From Tubulanus polymorphus (Eukaryota > Animalia > Nemertea), in the NCBI RefSeq assembly GCF_964204645.1, contig NC_134034.1:4624914-4688913 (forward strand): DNA of 64,000 bases. Direction: 5' to 3'. Position 1 is the stretch's first letter. Every line of letters begins with the position of its first letter. The notes below the pieces were generated by a model, which worked only from the letters and a program-made list of their open reading frames with translations, searched no databases and was not told the DNA's origin. The position numbers were made by a program, and so were the translations under genes. Below, one piece after another: positions 39,103 to 51,797 of this stretch.

Positions 39103-40658
39103 TCACAAAACATAGCCAAATATTAGTCCGATATATAAAAATACATGGTTTATAAACTTTTGTCTTTGCCTAGTCCTTGTACCTCCTGGTTTCGTATACA
39201 CACTGGTGTAGGCTCTGTCAACATTTTCATTCCAGTGACAGACAGCTAAATTCGATCGCATTAGATATTGTTGGTCAGAGAACGATATGCGTTTATCTTG
39301 AAATAAGTTCATCACATTATTGAAGCTTTCCACATAAAAAGAATCTCTGCCCGAGACAAAACATTCAGGGTGTAAATACATATATGTCGACTTGATTAGC
39401 TTATTAAGAAGGTTTTCGGCAACAGGAGAGGTTATCACTACTCTTGATGGTTCATAATTTGCGTCAATTTTGCAACGAGATTGTGGATGACAGGAGTCGT
39501 GTTGATTTTTATAATGACAAATTATATTGTCCAAGTAGTCCAATAGTGTTTTTTCATTTTGGTTGCAATTTCGAACTGCCCATTGAATGTGCGTCCCAAT
39601 TGGTTGAGCCTTATCGTGTAGTTGTTCATGCCAGGTTTTTCCATGATGTTTTTTAGCACCTTTTCCTATTTTATCTAATTTTCTCACTATATTTTTTATC
39701 TCGTGCCAGGTATCGTTTTGGTTGATGGATCCCTGATCTCTAACAAACTTGTTGATCGTGGCACTGTTGTCATGACAGTGGATTCTAATTTCTAAGTCCT
39801 CGTTATCTTCAGTAGATCTCAGATATGAATATATCCGTTCGGTCCCAAGGCGTTCGTGTCGTTGGCTTACATCATCATCAGCCTTGGTGACATGTTCACA
39901 TCTGATAACTTTATGTGATTTTTCACCCACTGCCACAACGCTAGCCTCTTTAGCATTTTTTCGCCAGCCATGCCTTGCATCAGTCATGATGTCTATAGCG
40001 CCCGGCACTTCATAACATGCAATTTCTTCGAGTAGCGCCTGTCTTATACTGTTGTCCTGTTCTTCCTGGACACTCAGCTGGTAGAGGGATTGTAATTAAG
40101 CCAGCCTTTCGCGAGAGAGCTTCCCAATTCCACTACCGTCAACTAATCTGTGGTATGCACTAGCTATAATGCCGGATGAGAAGTACCCGTGAGCAATTCG
40201 GGCATTCACAAGAAATTCCCCATTTGGAAGGTATGATGACGATTTCCATACAAATGAATGAGCTTTCCTCTTCCAATTACAGTTCAAATGTACACGTGCG
40301 ACATGTCCATGGTAATAGACCTTCTTTACGGACACCTTACTTTCACAGAAATGACCACGTTTCCCGGCCATCTCAACCAACTTCGTCAGTGCGGATTCAC
40401 ATGTCACAAATATCTTCTGATTGACGCTACTTTTATCGGTGGACACATAATTAGTAACATTCATCTCGATAGTTTCTGGAGAATTTTTCGTCAACCAACA
40501 ATCCAGAAGATTCTCCATTATCACAGCATTGTTAATTGAAGTCATAGAACTTTTCATCAATGATTCCCGAACTTTTTTGATTTTCTGTAGAATTGACGTT
40601 TTAATACTTTCATCTCCAGGAATCTCAAAAAGGATAAGCGTTTACGTGTCGTGCTCAT
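39103..40658 (-). pseudogene. Kolobok DDE transposase (one in-frame stop at 40096-40098; 5' end frameshifted)
   Basis: ORFs 40096-40560 and 39103-40008 share a frame; MTDARHGW, IHCHDN, NDTWH, H..N.H..C, SFYVESFNN, A..HWNENV.R. Confidence 0.8.
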
Positions 40659-40860
40659 GGTTGTAAGTGTGTTTGCAATAATGTGAGAGAAATGAAATGA
40701 GCTAGTGTCTACATCATATCATCTTTGGGAAATGTTTACACACTATATTAAATGGATATGGTCAATTAACTTTTTAACTCATTAGCCTAGGTTACCCTAA
40801 ATATCCAGAACGGGTTAATATGAATATAGCAACGACAAATGTTCAATATAGGTTCTGAAG

Positions 40861-41414
40861 ATGGCTGAATCAGCAGCAGATGAACATGATTCTGGTAGTC
40901 CAAAAATGATGGAGACAAATGAAAATGAACAAAAACATACCTTATCTATCAGAGTAACCCATGAACAAGAAGAAATCATCAAGGGTTTTATGAGTTTTAA
41001 TGGCTGGAATATTGAAGAAGTGACACAAGAAATTGGATATGATGATGAAAGTCACTTTCAGATTGGACAAAATCCTGAAGCGCCAGAGTTTGAATTGTGT
41101 TACTGTCGACCATGCATAACAGATATGCAAATAAGCAGTTATGGTGGGAGGATGAGCCTGGACAACCGCATGAGTTGAACCACAGACAAAGAAAATCTGT
41201 CTACAAGAAGTTTTGGACTATGTTATTTCATAGGGATGCATTTATGGATAATAGATACAAGACTAAGAAAATGTATTTTCTCCAGAATAGACCGAACAAG
41301 AAAAATTGTGTGTGGCATCGCCGAGACATCTTACCTGAATGTGTAATTAGGTGTGTGCGAGAGTGGTTCCCGAATCCTGAGCATCTGGACTATATGGGCC
41401 ACAGATGGCAATAA
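40861..41414 (+). pseudogene. Kolobok accessory protein resembling the P2X7 C-terminal / His-Me finger-like domain (one frameshift)
   Basis: C..PCIT...RKSVYKKFW....RRDILPECVIRCVREWFPNP...YMG matches the R..AY..F...R..LP.C....IR..FP.P...Y.G pattern. Confidence 0.7.
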
Positions 41415-42684
41415 AAAAACTAACTTACTATGGATAAATATGGAATTAATTCATACATATGCTATAAAACGGAAACATACCTGGATAGAATGAGTAGTGA
41501 TTTTTAATATTATCAATAAATGAGGTAAAATTAAAATAAAATTTCTATCTTCGTCAATTTTCAACCGATTTTTTTGAAATTTGAAAGGTAATCTATATGC
41601 ATTATAAATAGCATTTTCCGTGCTGTGGTTATGAATTAAATGAACTATCTCATAATATATATTTAAAAACTTAGATAGCTAGTTAAAACTCCACGAGCTT
41701 TATGGTGAAATTTGATACCTTGGTTTTTAACACTGAAGTGGTTGCTGATAATGCACAGCTGTGGAGCAAGCGCCAACTATAGACAGTACTAAATCCCGCC
41801 AACTCTGTCAATCACCTATTTAAAATACCCATGAAAACTACCAAAGAAACGGCTGAATTTCATAATTGGCTAGATTTAGCTCAGATTTGACTGTTGGATC
41901 TGCCCAGGCATGGGTTCATACACCTCCTTGACAAAAATAATCAATGAAATTGGCCTAGTTTCAGAGAAACTGTGAAAAATGTGTACTGGAGTGGCAGAGC
42001 TCTATAGTAACGGATTGTATCACGTGATATGGGTAGTCTGACAACTGATTGGGCTTTTATACTGCTCCTCGGCCTTTAAACAATACTTGGCCAGACTGCT
42101 CATCAAAACAATGGTGTCAGCCATACTTAATAAAGAAATAGATATGTTACAAAATAAATGGAATATGTAAACTACAAAATACGAATTCATGAAAATATGT
42201 GGCGCTTTTAGTTGAAGAAACGTGTAGCAATTTAGTATTGGTATAGAAATATATTTATGTAGCTAAAACCCCTTCTTTATCGGGCGGGAAGCTATGCCCC
42301 TCCGTAAGACAAAAGATCAGACAACACTCTATTATAATTTTATAATGCTGATGGTGCCAGTGAATATGGTTCAATAGCCAGATATCCCAGCCATGAGCTA
42401 TACAGCTTGATGGCCAGAAACTCTCAAGACAAATATCTCCCAATTCCTGTCTCAATGACAATGGTTGAGGCGCACAACCTTTTACATATGGCAACCTTTT
42501 TTTACTGTAGTCACAATGGTTCAAGCTGGTCTGAAAAATGTAGGTCGGTCCTCACGCGATATTGATATTACGATATTTTTCTAGCCTAAAAGTCGGCAGC
42601 GTTTTTTTTTCATTAGTTGCCTTACGGATCTGCGGCAGAATAGGTTTCGGTTCTACGTATAAGAAAAGATTTTGACATCACACA

Positions 42685-42970
42685 AAAAACCCTGCCACAC
42701 TAGACCGGTGTGGGGGTACATGCTCGGGTTTACCGCATGAACTCTTGCGGTAATCAGATTGTATTTAAAATAGATGGGGCAAATTTAACGGTAGAATAGA
42801 ATAAAAAAATATATTTTACGGGAAACCCCAACCAAAAATAAAACGGGACATCTGATTGGCTAATAATGACATCATCTAAGCTGCGCGTGTAGTTCCGCAC
42901 TAGGTCTAGTTTGGAGGGGTCTGAACAGTGGCAATGCTGATGCCATCGGGTTCAAATCCCTGGCGTGGTG
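42685..42970. repeat. Second copy of the 9860-10200 dispersed repeat
   Basis: Shared CTGATTGGCTAATA..CATCTAAGCT and GCCATC.GGTTC.AATCC blocks. Confidence 0.55.
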
Positions 42971-43576
42971 CGGAAGGATGTGTTATGATGTTTTCCTACC
43001 TCCGTTATTATCATTAGTCAATCAAATCAGCAATTCAACTTATAATGAAAAAAAAACAGCGGCCTAAAGCTCATAAAATAAAATCGACGGATTGCGTGAC
43101 CCTGAGTGATCTCAAGTAACCTAATTATCCGATGCACCTCGTAAGCTTTCCCCATTCGATTATCAACGCGCTGAAATAGTTTGCACGACGGGCACAGAAG
43201 AAGAAATGTAAGCGCTTGTATATATCCGACAAACATATTCTATATGCTATATTTTCCTTGAATTTCAAATACATATCCAACGATATGACAAATTGAATGT
43301 AGGCATATATAACTCAATTTAGACAATTATCTCAATGGCCGTGTTACACAAAATACGATAAAACTATTATGCGAATTCTCGACGAATCTAATTCAATAAT
43401 AACACATTATTGTATTCACAGAGAACACTGGATTGATTCAGTTATACTTTATAGCTGAGTATACCCAAGATACCATTATTCATCTGCTGTTCATCTACTT
43501 GAACGAAGCCTGTTAGATCAAAACTTTAACAGGAACAAGTCTTTCTTGTACACGAGTCATATACTACTAAACCAAA

Positions 43577-44596
43577 ATGGACGATATGGTAAACGCATCG
43601 ACAGACGTGTATTGTCCACCAATAAAAACTAGTTACAAGTTCGTTCACTACCTGTTTGTATGCGGAATAGGAGTAATTTGCATATGCGGTACGGCTGGTA
43701 ATGTTCTCAATATAATCGTGATCAGCCTCGACAAACAAACGTTGATATCACTCAAAATACTGCAGGCATTAGCGTGTTGCGATTTGGCGTTTTTGAGCAT
43801 TTGTTTCGTATTCTTCTTTGTCAGGCATACTCTACACAGGATCCGATTCGGGGATTTGGTTTTTAGGTACGGGGACTTGAAAATCGGTGCACGAGAAGCC
43901 TACCACTCAGTCGTATTCTTTTTTATCATGCAACAAACCAGGAACTGGATAACCGCTTTTATCTCAGTGTTTCGTTTTCTGAATATTAAATTCCCGTTCT
44001 GGTCCAAACGAGTTTTGACGTGGAAATTTTGCAAAGTTAGTATCCTTTTCATGTTTATAATTTCTATCGCTTGTTACGTTCCTCGTTATGTGCTCCTGAA
44101 GATCGGTTACGAAATTCTTTACGATTGTTTGTTGAATGAAGTAACACCGGTATTAATAAAGGTTGCCCCGGTTGCATTCACACATTATGATGCGACGATA
44201 TATTTTGGATTCCTTGTCGGGCTTCCGATGCTAATTCTCTACACTACTAATCTCAGCTTGCTCGGCTCTGTTTATTCCGCTCGTTCGCGGCGTTCGGAAT
44301 TTCTGGCAAGCTCTCGGCCATTGAAAGTCAGCCGTAGTGAACGGCAAGCCGATAAAATGGTGACGATGATTTTACTGATTTTTACACTTTGTGAAACGCC
44401 CGCTTGCATCGACCGAGTTGCAAATTTAGCAGGTTTTAGATTTAAATCGGACGATTTCAAACAATATACGAGGAAAACTGGACTCTTTTTGGTTGTCCTC
44501 GATTCAGCCTTGAATTTTCTGGTTTATTTGTTGATGAATTCTAAATTCAGACAAAATATTAAAAGGCTTCTTGGGCGCGTGTTTCTATGTCCTTAG
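43577..44596 (+). CDS. Intronless rhodopsin-class GPCR (FMRFamide-receptor-like)
   Basis: GN in TM1, LACCD in TM2, ISVFRF...FPF, CETP in TM6, DSALNFLVY..NSKFR in TM7/helix 8. Confidence 0.9.
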   Translation: MDDMVNASTDVYCPPIKTSYKFVHYLFVCGIGVICICGTAGNVLNIIVISLDKQTLISLKILQALACCDLAFLSICFVFFFVRHTLHRIRFGDLVFRYGDLKIGAREAYHSVVFFFIMQQTRNWITAFISVFRFLNIKFPFWSKRVLTWKFCKVSILFMFIISIACYVPRYVLLKIGYEILYDCLLNEVTPVLIKVAPVAFTHYDATIYFGFLVGLPMLILYTTNLSLLGSVYSARSRRSEFLASSRPLKVSRSERQADKMVTMILLIFTLCETPACIDRVANLAGFRFKSDDFKQYTRKTGLFLVVLDSALNFLVYLLMNSKFRQNIKRLLGRVFLCP

Positions 44597-46940
44597 ATAA
44601 TGCAGACATAAAAACGAATCTAAATGATTTATGTTCTATGTGAAATATGAAATTTTTACAAGCGAATTTGAGGAAAAAAAACATAATGAATTGCATTATC
44701 TACAAAAAGTGTATCACACAGAATATCAGACAATTTGATAAATAAAAAGACAATAATTGATTATTAAAATATTCGGTCTTAGTACTCAACGCCTATTTTA
44801 GAGGAATGTACGTACATTAAAAGAGAAAAGTGGAAGCAAGATACCGTTAATTCACCAATGCTATTCATGAAGCAGCCAGGAAAAAATTTCATCCAATTAT
44901 TAATAACCCTGCGAAATTCGTGAATTTCGAGATATTTTAATGCAAGATATGTGTTGTGGCAATTTCTGTTAAACGGTGCAACATGCATTAAGTCTATCAT
45001 GATCAATATGTGTCGAATTACTGTTTGTCGTTGACTAGGCTTTGATGATTGTTTAAACACGTCAAGGATGTACGGTATACAATATGATAAGAGTGATTGG
45101 TACACATTTTGGGATAGGTTGATTATTCAAGAGCCTCTGGTTACGTTCTGGAGATTATATGGAACAGCTATAGTGGAAGTACAAATCACACGTAAATCAA
45201 TCATTTAAGTGTCGTTTCACACTCAGTCACATATGCACATCGGTGAAGTAACGCTATGTTCTATTGAAAACAAGGCGGATAGCATCCTCGCTTGCCAGGT
45301 TTTGACATAGGTTTTGATATATTGCACACTTGACATACTGATTGTCGCCCGCTGGATTTCACGCCAATACAAACCCCGGCCCAAAACCTTTCATTGATCT
45401 ATTACATCACCCAAAATTTCTTGGGCGGACAGGTTAACGTTCAGCGCCCACCAGTCTACATTTCTAGCTAATCAGATGCATTTTTTACCGGCAAGTTTGC
45501 ACTATGTATACCACGCATCTGATGGGCTAAATATATAGAATCCGTGGTTAACGGTTGAGTTTGACGCTTCAGGTCGTCCAGTAATTTGTGGGCTTTTCGG
45601 GATGTACTTTCATCATATGACGATTCTTTGCGATATCTTGTCCCTGTTTAGACCTGGTAATCACGCGTGATTAATTCATAGAAAATAACTATACGCAAAT
45701 TCGAAACGGTCAGACGCTAAGTTATATTTCTGTCAGAATTGAAAATTACGTTAACAAGTTGAATCTGAGAGGAGTTTAAAAAATTTAGCTGGAAAGTGGA
45801 AAAGAGCGAGAATTACAAAAGGGTTTCTGCAGCACAAACCCTAATCAAATACTTTTTTTCACGTTTCAAATTCATTTTATCAATCAGAAAAATTATTTCT
45901 TCACGGATTCGTAAGGACTAAAAAAAGAGCAAAAGTATATAAAAAAATGACCAACTGAAAAATAATTAAAAATTTAGCTGCATATCAGCGATGACGGGTC
46001 TCTGCCTAACTGGTTCATACGTCGCACTGGAAAGCGTACAAATATTTGATAAAAATAAATCAGTTCATATTGTATGACTATTGCCAAGAAACGCAACCTG
46101 GGTCAACAATATGCTAGATATGTGGAGCCATAATCAGTAGGGCTCCCACGTAAAAAAGTACTGATATACCAAATCAAAATGGCCAAAAATGGTTTAGAGG
46201 ATACCGACGATGTGGTTCCCTGGCGTCAACTTGAAAAAGTCTCGCGTCGAGGCAGGTGGTGGCCAGAAAAAGAAATATTAAAATATTCAAGGCAAACACG
46301 TTTATATTTCACTCTTTTTCCTATCCTAATTTTATGAAATTGAATTATTGTAGTAAACAATTAATTTATGTTTGATGATCAATTAATTTTGTTGTTTTTT
46401 TTTCTTAATTCGCATTTGATTTGGAAGGTCATCTTGCTTAGGAGTCAGTTTGTCAAAGCATCGACGCAGTCAAACTTTGTTTACGTCTCAGTTGCAGCGG
46501 GGCAGGGTGGTCATTTTATTGTTGGCTTATCCAAATTATAGGACAATGAGGAATTGAATTCGGGATTCGACCATGATGTGGCATCCACTGCGTCAACGTT
46601 CGCGGTTAAGAACTGATCCGAAATAATATCAGTCCAATTACGTGATTTGCGAAAACAAAATGGTAGATTTTTTAATCGCTGATGCATGGATCGCAGATAG
46701 CGAGAATTGACGTATCCGGGCTGATGTTTGTCCGAATACGTGATTTACGGTTGAGTTTGACGCTCGAGGTCGTCCGGTAATTTGTAGGCTTTGCTGGATG
46801 TTTGTTGATTCATATGTCAACTACATTTTAAACTCTAGAGAGAATATTGAAGCGGTGATCAAAGGATTAGAATATGTCGAATATCGTCCTGCTTATGGCG
46901 CCATATCTGCGAGTAGCCAATTATGAGTCTGACACCTGTA

Positions 46941-48048
46941 AGTAATAGGGTAAGTGTCTTTTCATACCAGAGGTCGAAAGGTCGAGCTCATAAAAAATAT
47001 ATTCTCACACGCTCGAATTTCACTCAACCTTTCAACCTCTGATATGAAACAGCACACCCTATGACTCTAATAATATTCATATATATGAACATGGATATTA
47101 TATTAATGAAATCACTTTTAATAAAAAATATGTATAATAAATGGAGAATAAACAAATATACTCAGAATTCCCAGCTAGAATTAAAGATACTACAAATGTC
47201 AAATCTGTAGATTATACATTCAAAAAGTTAACAGAATTCACATAACATGAGAAATATTTAACAAATATTGTAACAATTACTAATAGATATGGTAATAAAT
47301 TAGTTATTCACTTAGAATATGAAGGATAAAAAGGAAATAGTTATAAATTTAGAACATATTTACCTGATAAATTTCATAGATTATCTATGAAGATCTAGAA
47401 GAAGTGTGTTCTGGTGATTTATATTTCATATATAAGGGTAAGGATAAAAAAGGATGTCATGATATTGATTTCGAATAATATAAAAAGATATGTAAATAAA
47501 TGGTAGAATTAAAAGAATATAGAATATTTGTTGATTCAAGAAGACTTACAAATTATAAATCTCATAATTCATTGATACAACTAGATAGAGAATTCAGAAA
47601 TTGTGTTGATTTAAATTAGTAAATTTTAGTTTATGTAACTCATTTTACAATATATCGTATAAAACTATTGAACATAGAGCCTTTTGAATTTTTGATAAAA
47701 ATTAAAACGAATGGTTCTATATATATTTAAAACCAGGGTTATATAATTTAGATACATTATCACAACAAATTAATAGAAAAGCCTGGCACAAATTAGGTAG
47801 TGATTCCGGGTTTAATATTAGTTTTTAAAAAAGTGATAGTTCTGATAAAATAAAGATAAGGTTATCTCATAGTGAAAAACATAAATTTATGGCAAAAAAC
47901 CTATAGCTAAACTGTTAGGAATTCCTACAAATCTTTTACAAATATTGATGCTACACCAAACTTAATACCTTACACACATTATTATATCTATTGCAATTTA
48001 ATTGATCCTACAAAAACATTTGAAGCAACTAAAGATACAACTTGTAAT
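46941..48048 (+). mobile_element. Polinton copy C: internally deleted derivative (terminal palindrome joined directly to small-ORF and penton region, no pPolB)
   Basis: Terminus AGTAATAGGG...TTCATACCAGAGGTCGAAAGGTCGAG; palindrome 46941-47066; ~47110-48048 aligns to copy B ~55830-56781. Cut by the ISL2EU insertion. Confidence 0.85.
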
Positions 48049-48203
48049 GGGAGCTGCTAGTACTAATCCGCAAGAGGTCGCTGATAGGCAACTCGGTCTC
48101 CCATATACGCGGCGCTGCGATCGACTCAGGTTATTTTCAATTATTAACGTGGAAATCGATCTCTTCTTAATCGTGTTAAATCATCCGTAAAATCATCGCA
48201 AAA

Positions 48204-51098
48204 ATGTCTGAGCAGCGAGCCATTGCATCAATGACTATCAAAGATCTTCAAGACGAGCTTCGGTCATACGGAGCAAAGATTTCAGGTCGAAAACAAAAGC
48301 TTTGTGAGAGGTCAATATAAACGGACGGTCTTGTTCTTTTACTTCCGGGTTCGAAGATTTTTTTTTGCTTTCGTTTCTTAATGAAGTAGCAATAACACAA
48401 GTGCGTTGAAATTGATTTTGTCCCTTTTCAATCAGAGACTTCTTGCGAATTGAGAGATGAATTTATCTGATGGATGAATAAATCTAGCTTCTAGAACATC
48501 CTGGTCCTAGATTAAACTCAATTCAATGGCAATGCAATTTTATTTCGTAAATCTATGTAATTTATTGAAATATTGGCCCTTACCGAGAGTACAGATAACA
48601 CAATATCGGGTGGTTTTATGCTTTTTTGACAAATACCACATGCCAGACCTGTAGAACAAGGCCATTGTCCCATGAACTTCAGTCACAGCAATTTTACTGA
48701 TACTTGAATTCCTTAAATATATATATATATTCATGAATATGAATATATATTCATATATTACTTCAGAATTCTTTGTGACAATATTTATATATTACTTCAG
48801 AATTCTTTGTGACAATTGAGTGATATATGCTACAGTTATACGGTTTCTGTTTTTCAGGTTATAATTTTATAGAACGAATAAGGTCAACATCACTATAGAG
48901 TCGGAGTACAGCATGGAACTTCCAGACCAGAAATTCTACAAGGATTTACAAGCAGAAATGTATGCAATGGTGCCAAAAGTGATTATGGAGAGGATAAATG
49001 AATACTTAAAACAATATGATACGGTATTTGATGGGAAAATTAAAGATTTATATGAGCAGAGGTAGGTAGGCTTTGCTTACATTTTCTAAATGTAGCCTTA
49101 CATACTAATGTCTATTTCAACCTGATTTGTGAGCATTCCGGGTGGCCTAGCTCGCTAATTTTTTGTAGTACATACCTGATAAAGGTCTTAATAGGACCAG
49201 AGGGGACTGGCAGTCGACCTAAATTATCATTTTTTAATCCATTTGAAACTGTATTGAAGGATATCCAAAAAGTCTTCACTGAAAGGGGTAAATCAAGAGA
49301 AGTGACTCTTCATGATTTGAAAGTTTATCAATATGTTTCCGTGCCTACGCACCAAACTTCAGTTGGTAGGCATGGAGACATATTGTTAAACCATGAAGGC
49401 TTTATTCTCTCAGGAACCCCTCTCAATGCAGCCTTTTTGGATATCCTTCAATACAGTCTTAAGTGGATTAAAAAGGTATGTACTACTGAAACTGACTGAG
49501 CTAGGCCACCCGGAATGCTCTCAAGTCAGGGTGAAATATAAATAAGTAAGTCAACATTGTGTCAGGAAATTTTCTATATGAAACATGGTTATTTCTTATA
49601 ATTTTTTAGATTTCTCCGCTTTTTGCGAATATCCTCATCAAAAAGCGCGTCATCAGTTTATTTGACTTCAGTTATGTGGGCTGAAATGAAGAAATCCGTT
49701 TCGTACAAGGTAGACGTAGTGATTGATAATTGTGGCGTAGTTGTTGAGGTCCAGTGTGAATGCGGAGCCGGTCAGGGCCCGAACGCTCATTGCAAGCATG
49801 TGACAACAGTTCCATATGCTGCATACAAATTTAAAGAGGAAAAGAAAATTATAACAGAAGTGACATGCACCCAGGTAAATATGAGGTTTTTTGCATTCTT
49901 TGTTGGTAACATGTTGCATTTAATTGACAAGCATAATTATCTTCTATTTTTCATTCAGACTCCAGAGATTTCATCGTACGAAACCCCATTTAGGAAGTCC
50001 CGTCAAACTTACTAGTCATAATAAGCTAATGCAACCTATTTCACCTACTAAGAGTATGAACTTCGATCCAAGGAAATCTATGTACAGAAATCGTCAATTA
50101 TGTGAGACAAATTTTAGGAACATGTGTATGAATTATCAGGTATAAAAAATATATTTTGAAAAATTAACTCTATCAGCATTATTTCATGTTATTAAATAAT
50201 CTGATTCTTGTAGGCCATCCATGGAGGTACTATGCCAGTTATGCGTCTTATTCCACCGGTCAATCCTCATGCGTTGTACCTAGACCATGATTATTTGAAA
50301 TTAAACCATGTGGACAAGTTCCTGGCTGATGAAAAGGTGAATGTTTGTGATTCAAGCCTTATGAATTCATGGGTATTAACAAAAACTGGTTATTATCATT
50401 TGCTGTTCTTTTTCAGTTGACTACGATTACAGATGAGGAAATCAAATTAATAGAATTGAATACCAGAGGTCAAACTTCGAACGTCACCTGGAAACGAGAG
50501 AGAGAAATGCGGATAACGGCATCAAAATTTGGAACGATCGCTAAAGCCACAGAAAGGAGAAATAAATTGAAGTTGGCGCAAGAATTAGTAACGGACATTG
50601 CGTTAAAAACTAAGGCCGTACTCCACGGCCAAAAATATGAGAAGGTTGCTGTGGAAAAGTATCATAGTAGAACAGGATCTATAACGAATGAGTGTGGATT
50701 ATTTGTCAGCAAAGATCACCCTGTTTTAGCGGCTTCCCCTGATCGCGTTGGTAATGATACTTTAATTTTGGAAGTCAAATGCCCTTTTTCCGCGAAAGAT
50801 AAAGAAATCAACCCACAAACTGTTCCGTACTTGGAGTGGGACGTTAACAGAAACCTGCAACTTAGAATAAACCATGACTATTTTTTATCAAATACAAGGA
50901 CAGTTATATTGTTCAGGTCGTACAGAGTGTGATATTGTGGTATTTACACTGGAAGACATTAAAATAATTCATATTAAATTTGACTCCGATTTCATTAAAG
51001 CAATGGTAGAAAATTTAATGAAATTTCATTCAGAATTCCACAAAGATACAGTTTTAAATAACTTCTTGTACAGATACTATTATGATTATTCTTTCTAA
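48204..51098 (+). pseudogene. SAP-SWIM-YqaJ (lambda exonuclease-like) accessory gene of ISL2EU, multi-exon
   Basis: Exon 1 (48204-48310) is SAP-like, MTIKDLQDELRSYGAKISGRKQKLCER; SWIM CECGAG..HCKHV; YqaJ RITASKFG, HGQKYE, CGLFV, ASPD, EVKCP, YQIQGQL (frameshift near 50880). Confidence 0.85.
49113..49538. mobile_element. MITE in an intron of the YqaJ gene
   Basis: ~40-bp TIRs TATTTCA.CCTGA.TTG.GAGCATTCCGGGTGGCCTAGCTC and its reverse complement at 49498-49538. Confidence 0.75.
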
Positions 51099-51134
51099 GA
51101 TGTCAACATTAAGAAATAAATCTTATTTAAAAAT

Positions 51135-51316
51135 TTAAGCATTTCTTGAAACGATACATTCTCTAAAGTTACACAGGTAGCAACAGACTGTCATAATTTC
51201 TGTAGGCAGGGGTATTTCATTATTACTCAATGGATGTGTGAGTATTTTGTATGTTTTGGCTAGTCCTATAAGTCGTTCGATGTGCACTCTTTTGCTGGCA
51301 ATTTTCCTGTCACATT
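51135..51316 (-). pseudogene. C-terminus of ISL2EU DDE transposase, truncated by Polinton copy B
   Basis: CDRKIASKRVHIERLIGLAKTYKIL...VCCYLCNFRECIV* (RVHIER carries the catalytic Glu). Not in the ORF track. Confidence 0.8.
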
Positions 51317-51322
51317 AGTAGT

Positions 51323-51716
51323 AGTAATAGGGGTTTAGTTGTTTCAAGCCAAAGGTCGAACGGTCGAGTTCATTAAAAACAAAACATTAAAAGTAATTTA
51401 GAACTATAATATATTTTCATAACCGTGTACATTTTATATTAAAACTAAATATTTATTCTAAGATATCAATAATTTTAAAAGCATATTGTATTAAATCAAT
51501 TGGTCGCTCCACTTCGCTACCGCTCCGCTCCGCGACCAATTGATTTATTTACAATACACACATTCATATAATCAAATATATTCAAATAATAATAATATTC
51601 AACTGAAATACACACGGTTATGAAAATATATTATAGTTTTAAATTACTTTTAATATTTGTTATTAATGAACTCGACCATTCAACCTTTAACCTGAAACAA
51701 CTAAACCCCTATTACT
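51323..51716. repeat. 394-bp imperfect terminal palindrome of copy B
   Basis: AGTAATAGGGGTTTAGTTGTTTCA...CTATAATATATTTTCATAACCGTGT...AAATCAATTGGTCGC / GCGACCAATTGATTT...ACACGGTTATGAAAATATATTATAG...TGAAACAACTAAACCCCTATTACT; centre ~51519. Confidence 0.92.
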
Positions 51717-51797
51717 CTTAAATTATTCATATATATGAATAAAATATAAATGAATAACTTCTAAAATCAATTTAAAAAAAAAAATTTTAGTATTAAA

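Larger units (their letters stand above)
38792..42075. mobile_element. Kolobok-superfamily DNA transposon, full length, two divergent genes
   Basis: TTAA TSD at 38788-38791 and 42076-42079; 11-bp perfect TIR AGGCCGAGGAG; DDE transposase and an accessory gene inside. Confidence 0.85.
48049..51316. mobile_element. ISL2EU (Harbinger-related) DNA transposon, left part; inserted into copy C and interrupted by copy B
   Basis: Begins GGGAGC right after an AT in the copy C penton; carries convergent YqaJ-nuclease and DDE_Tnp_4-type transposase genes. Confidence 0.8.
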
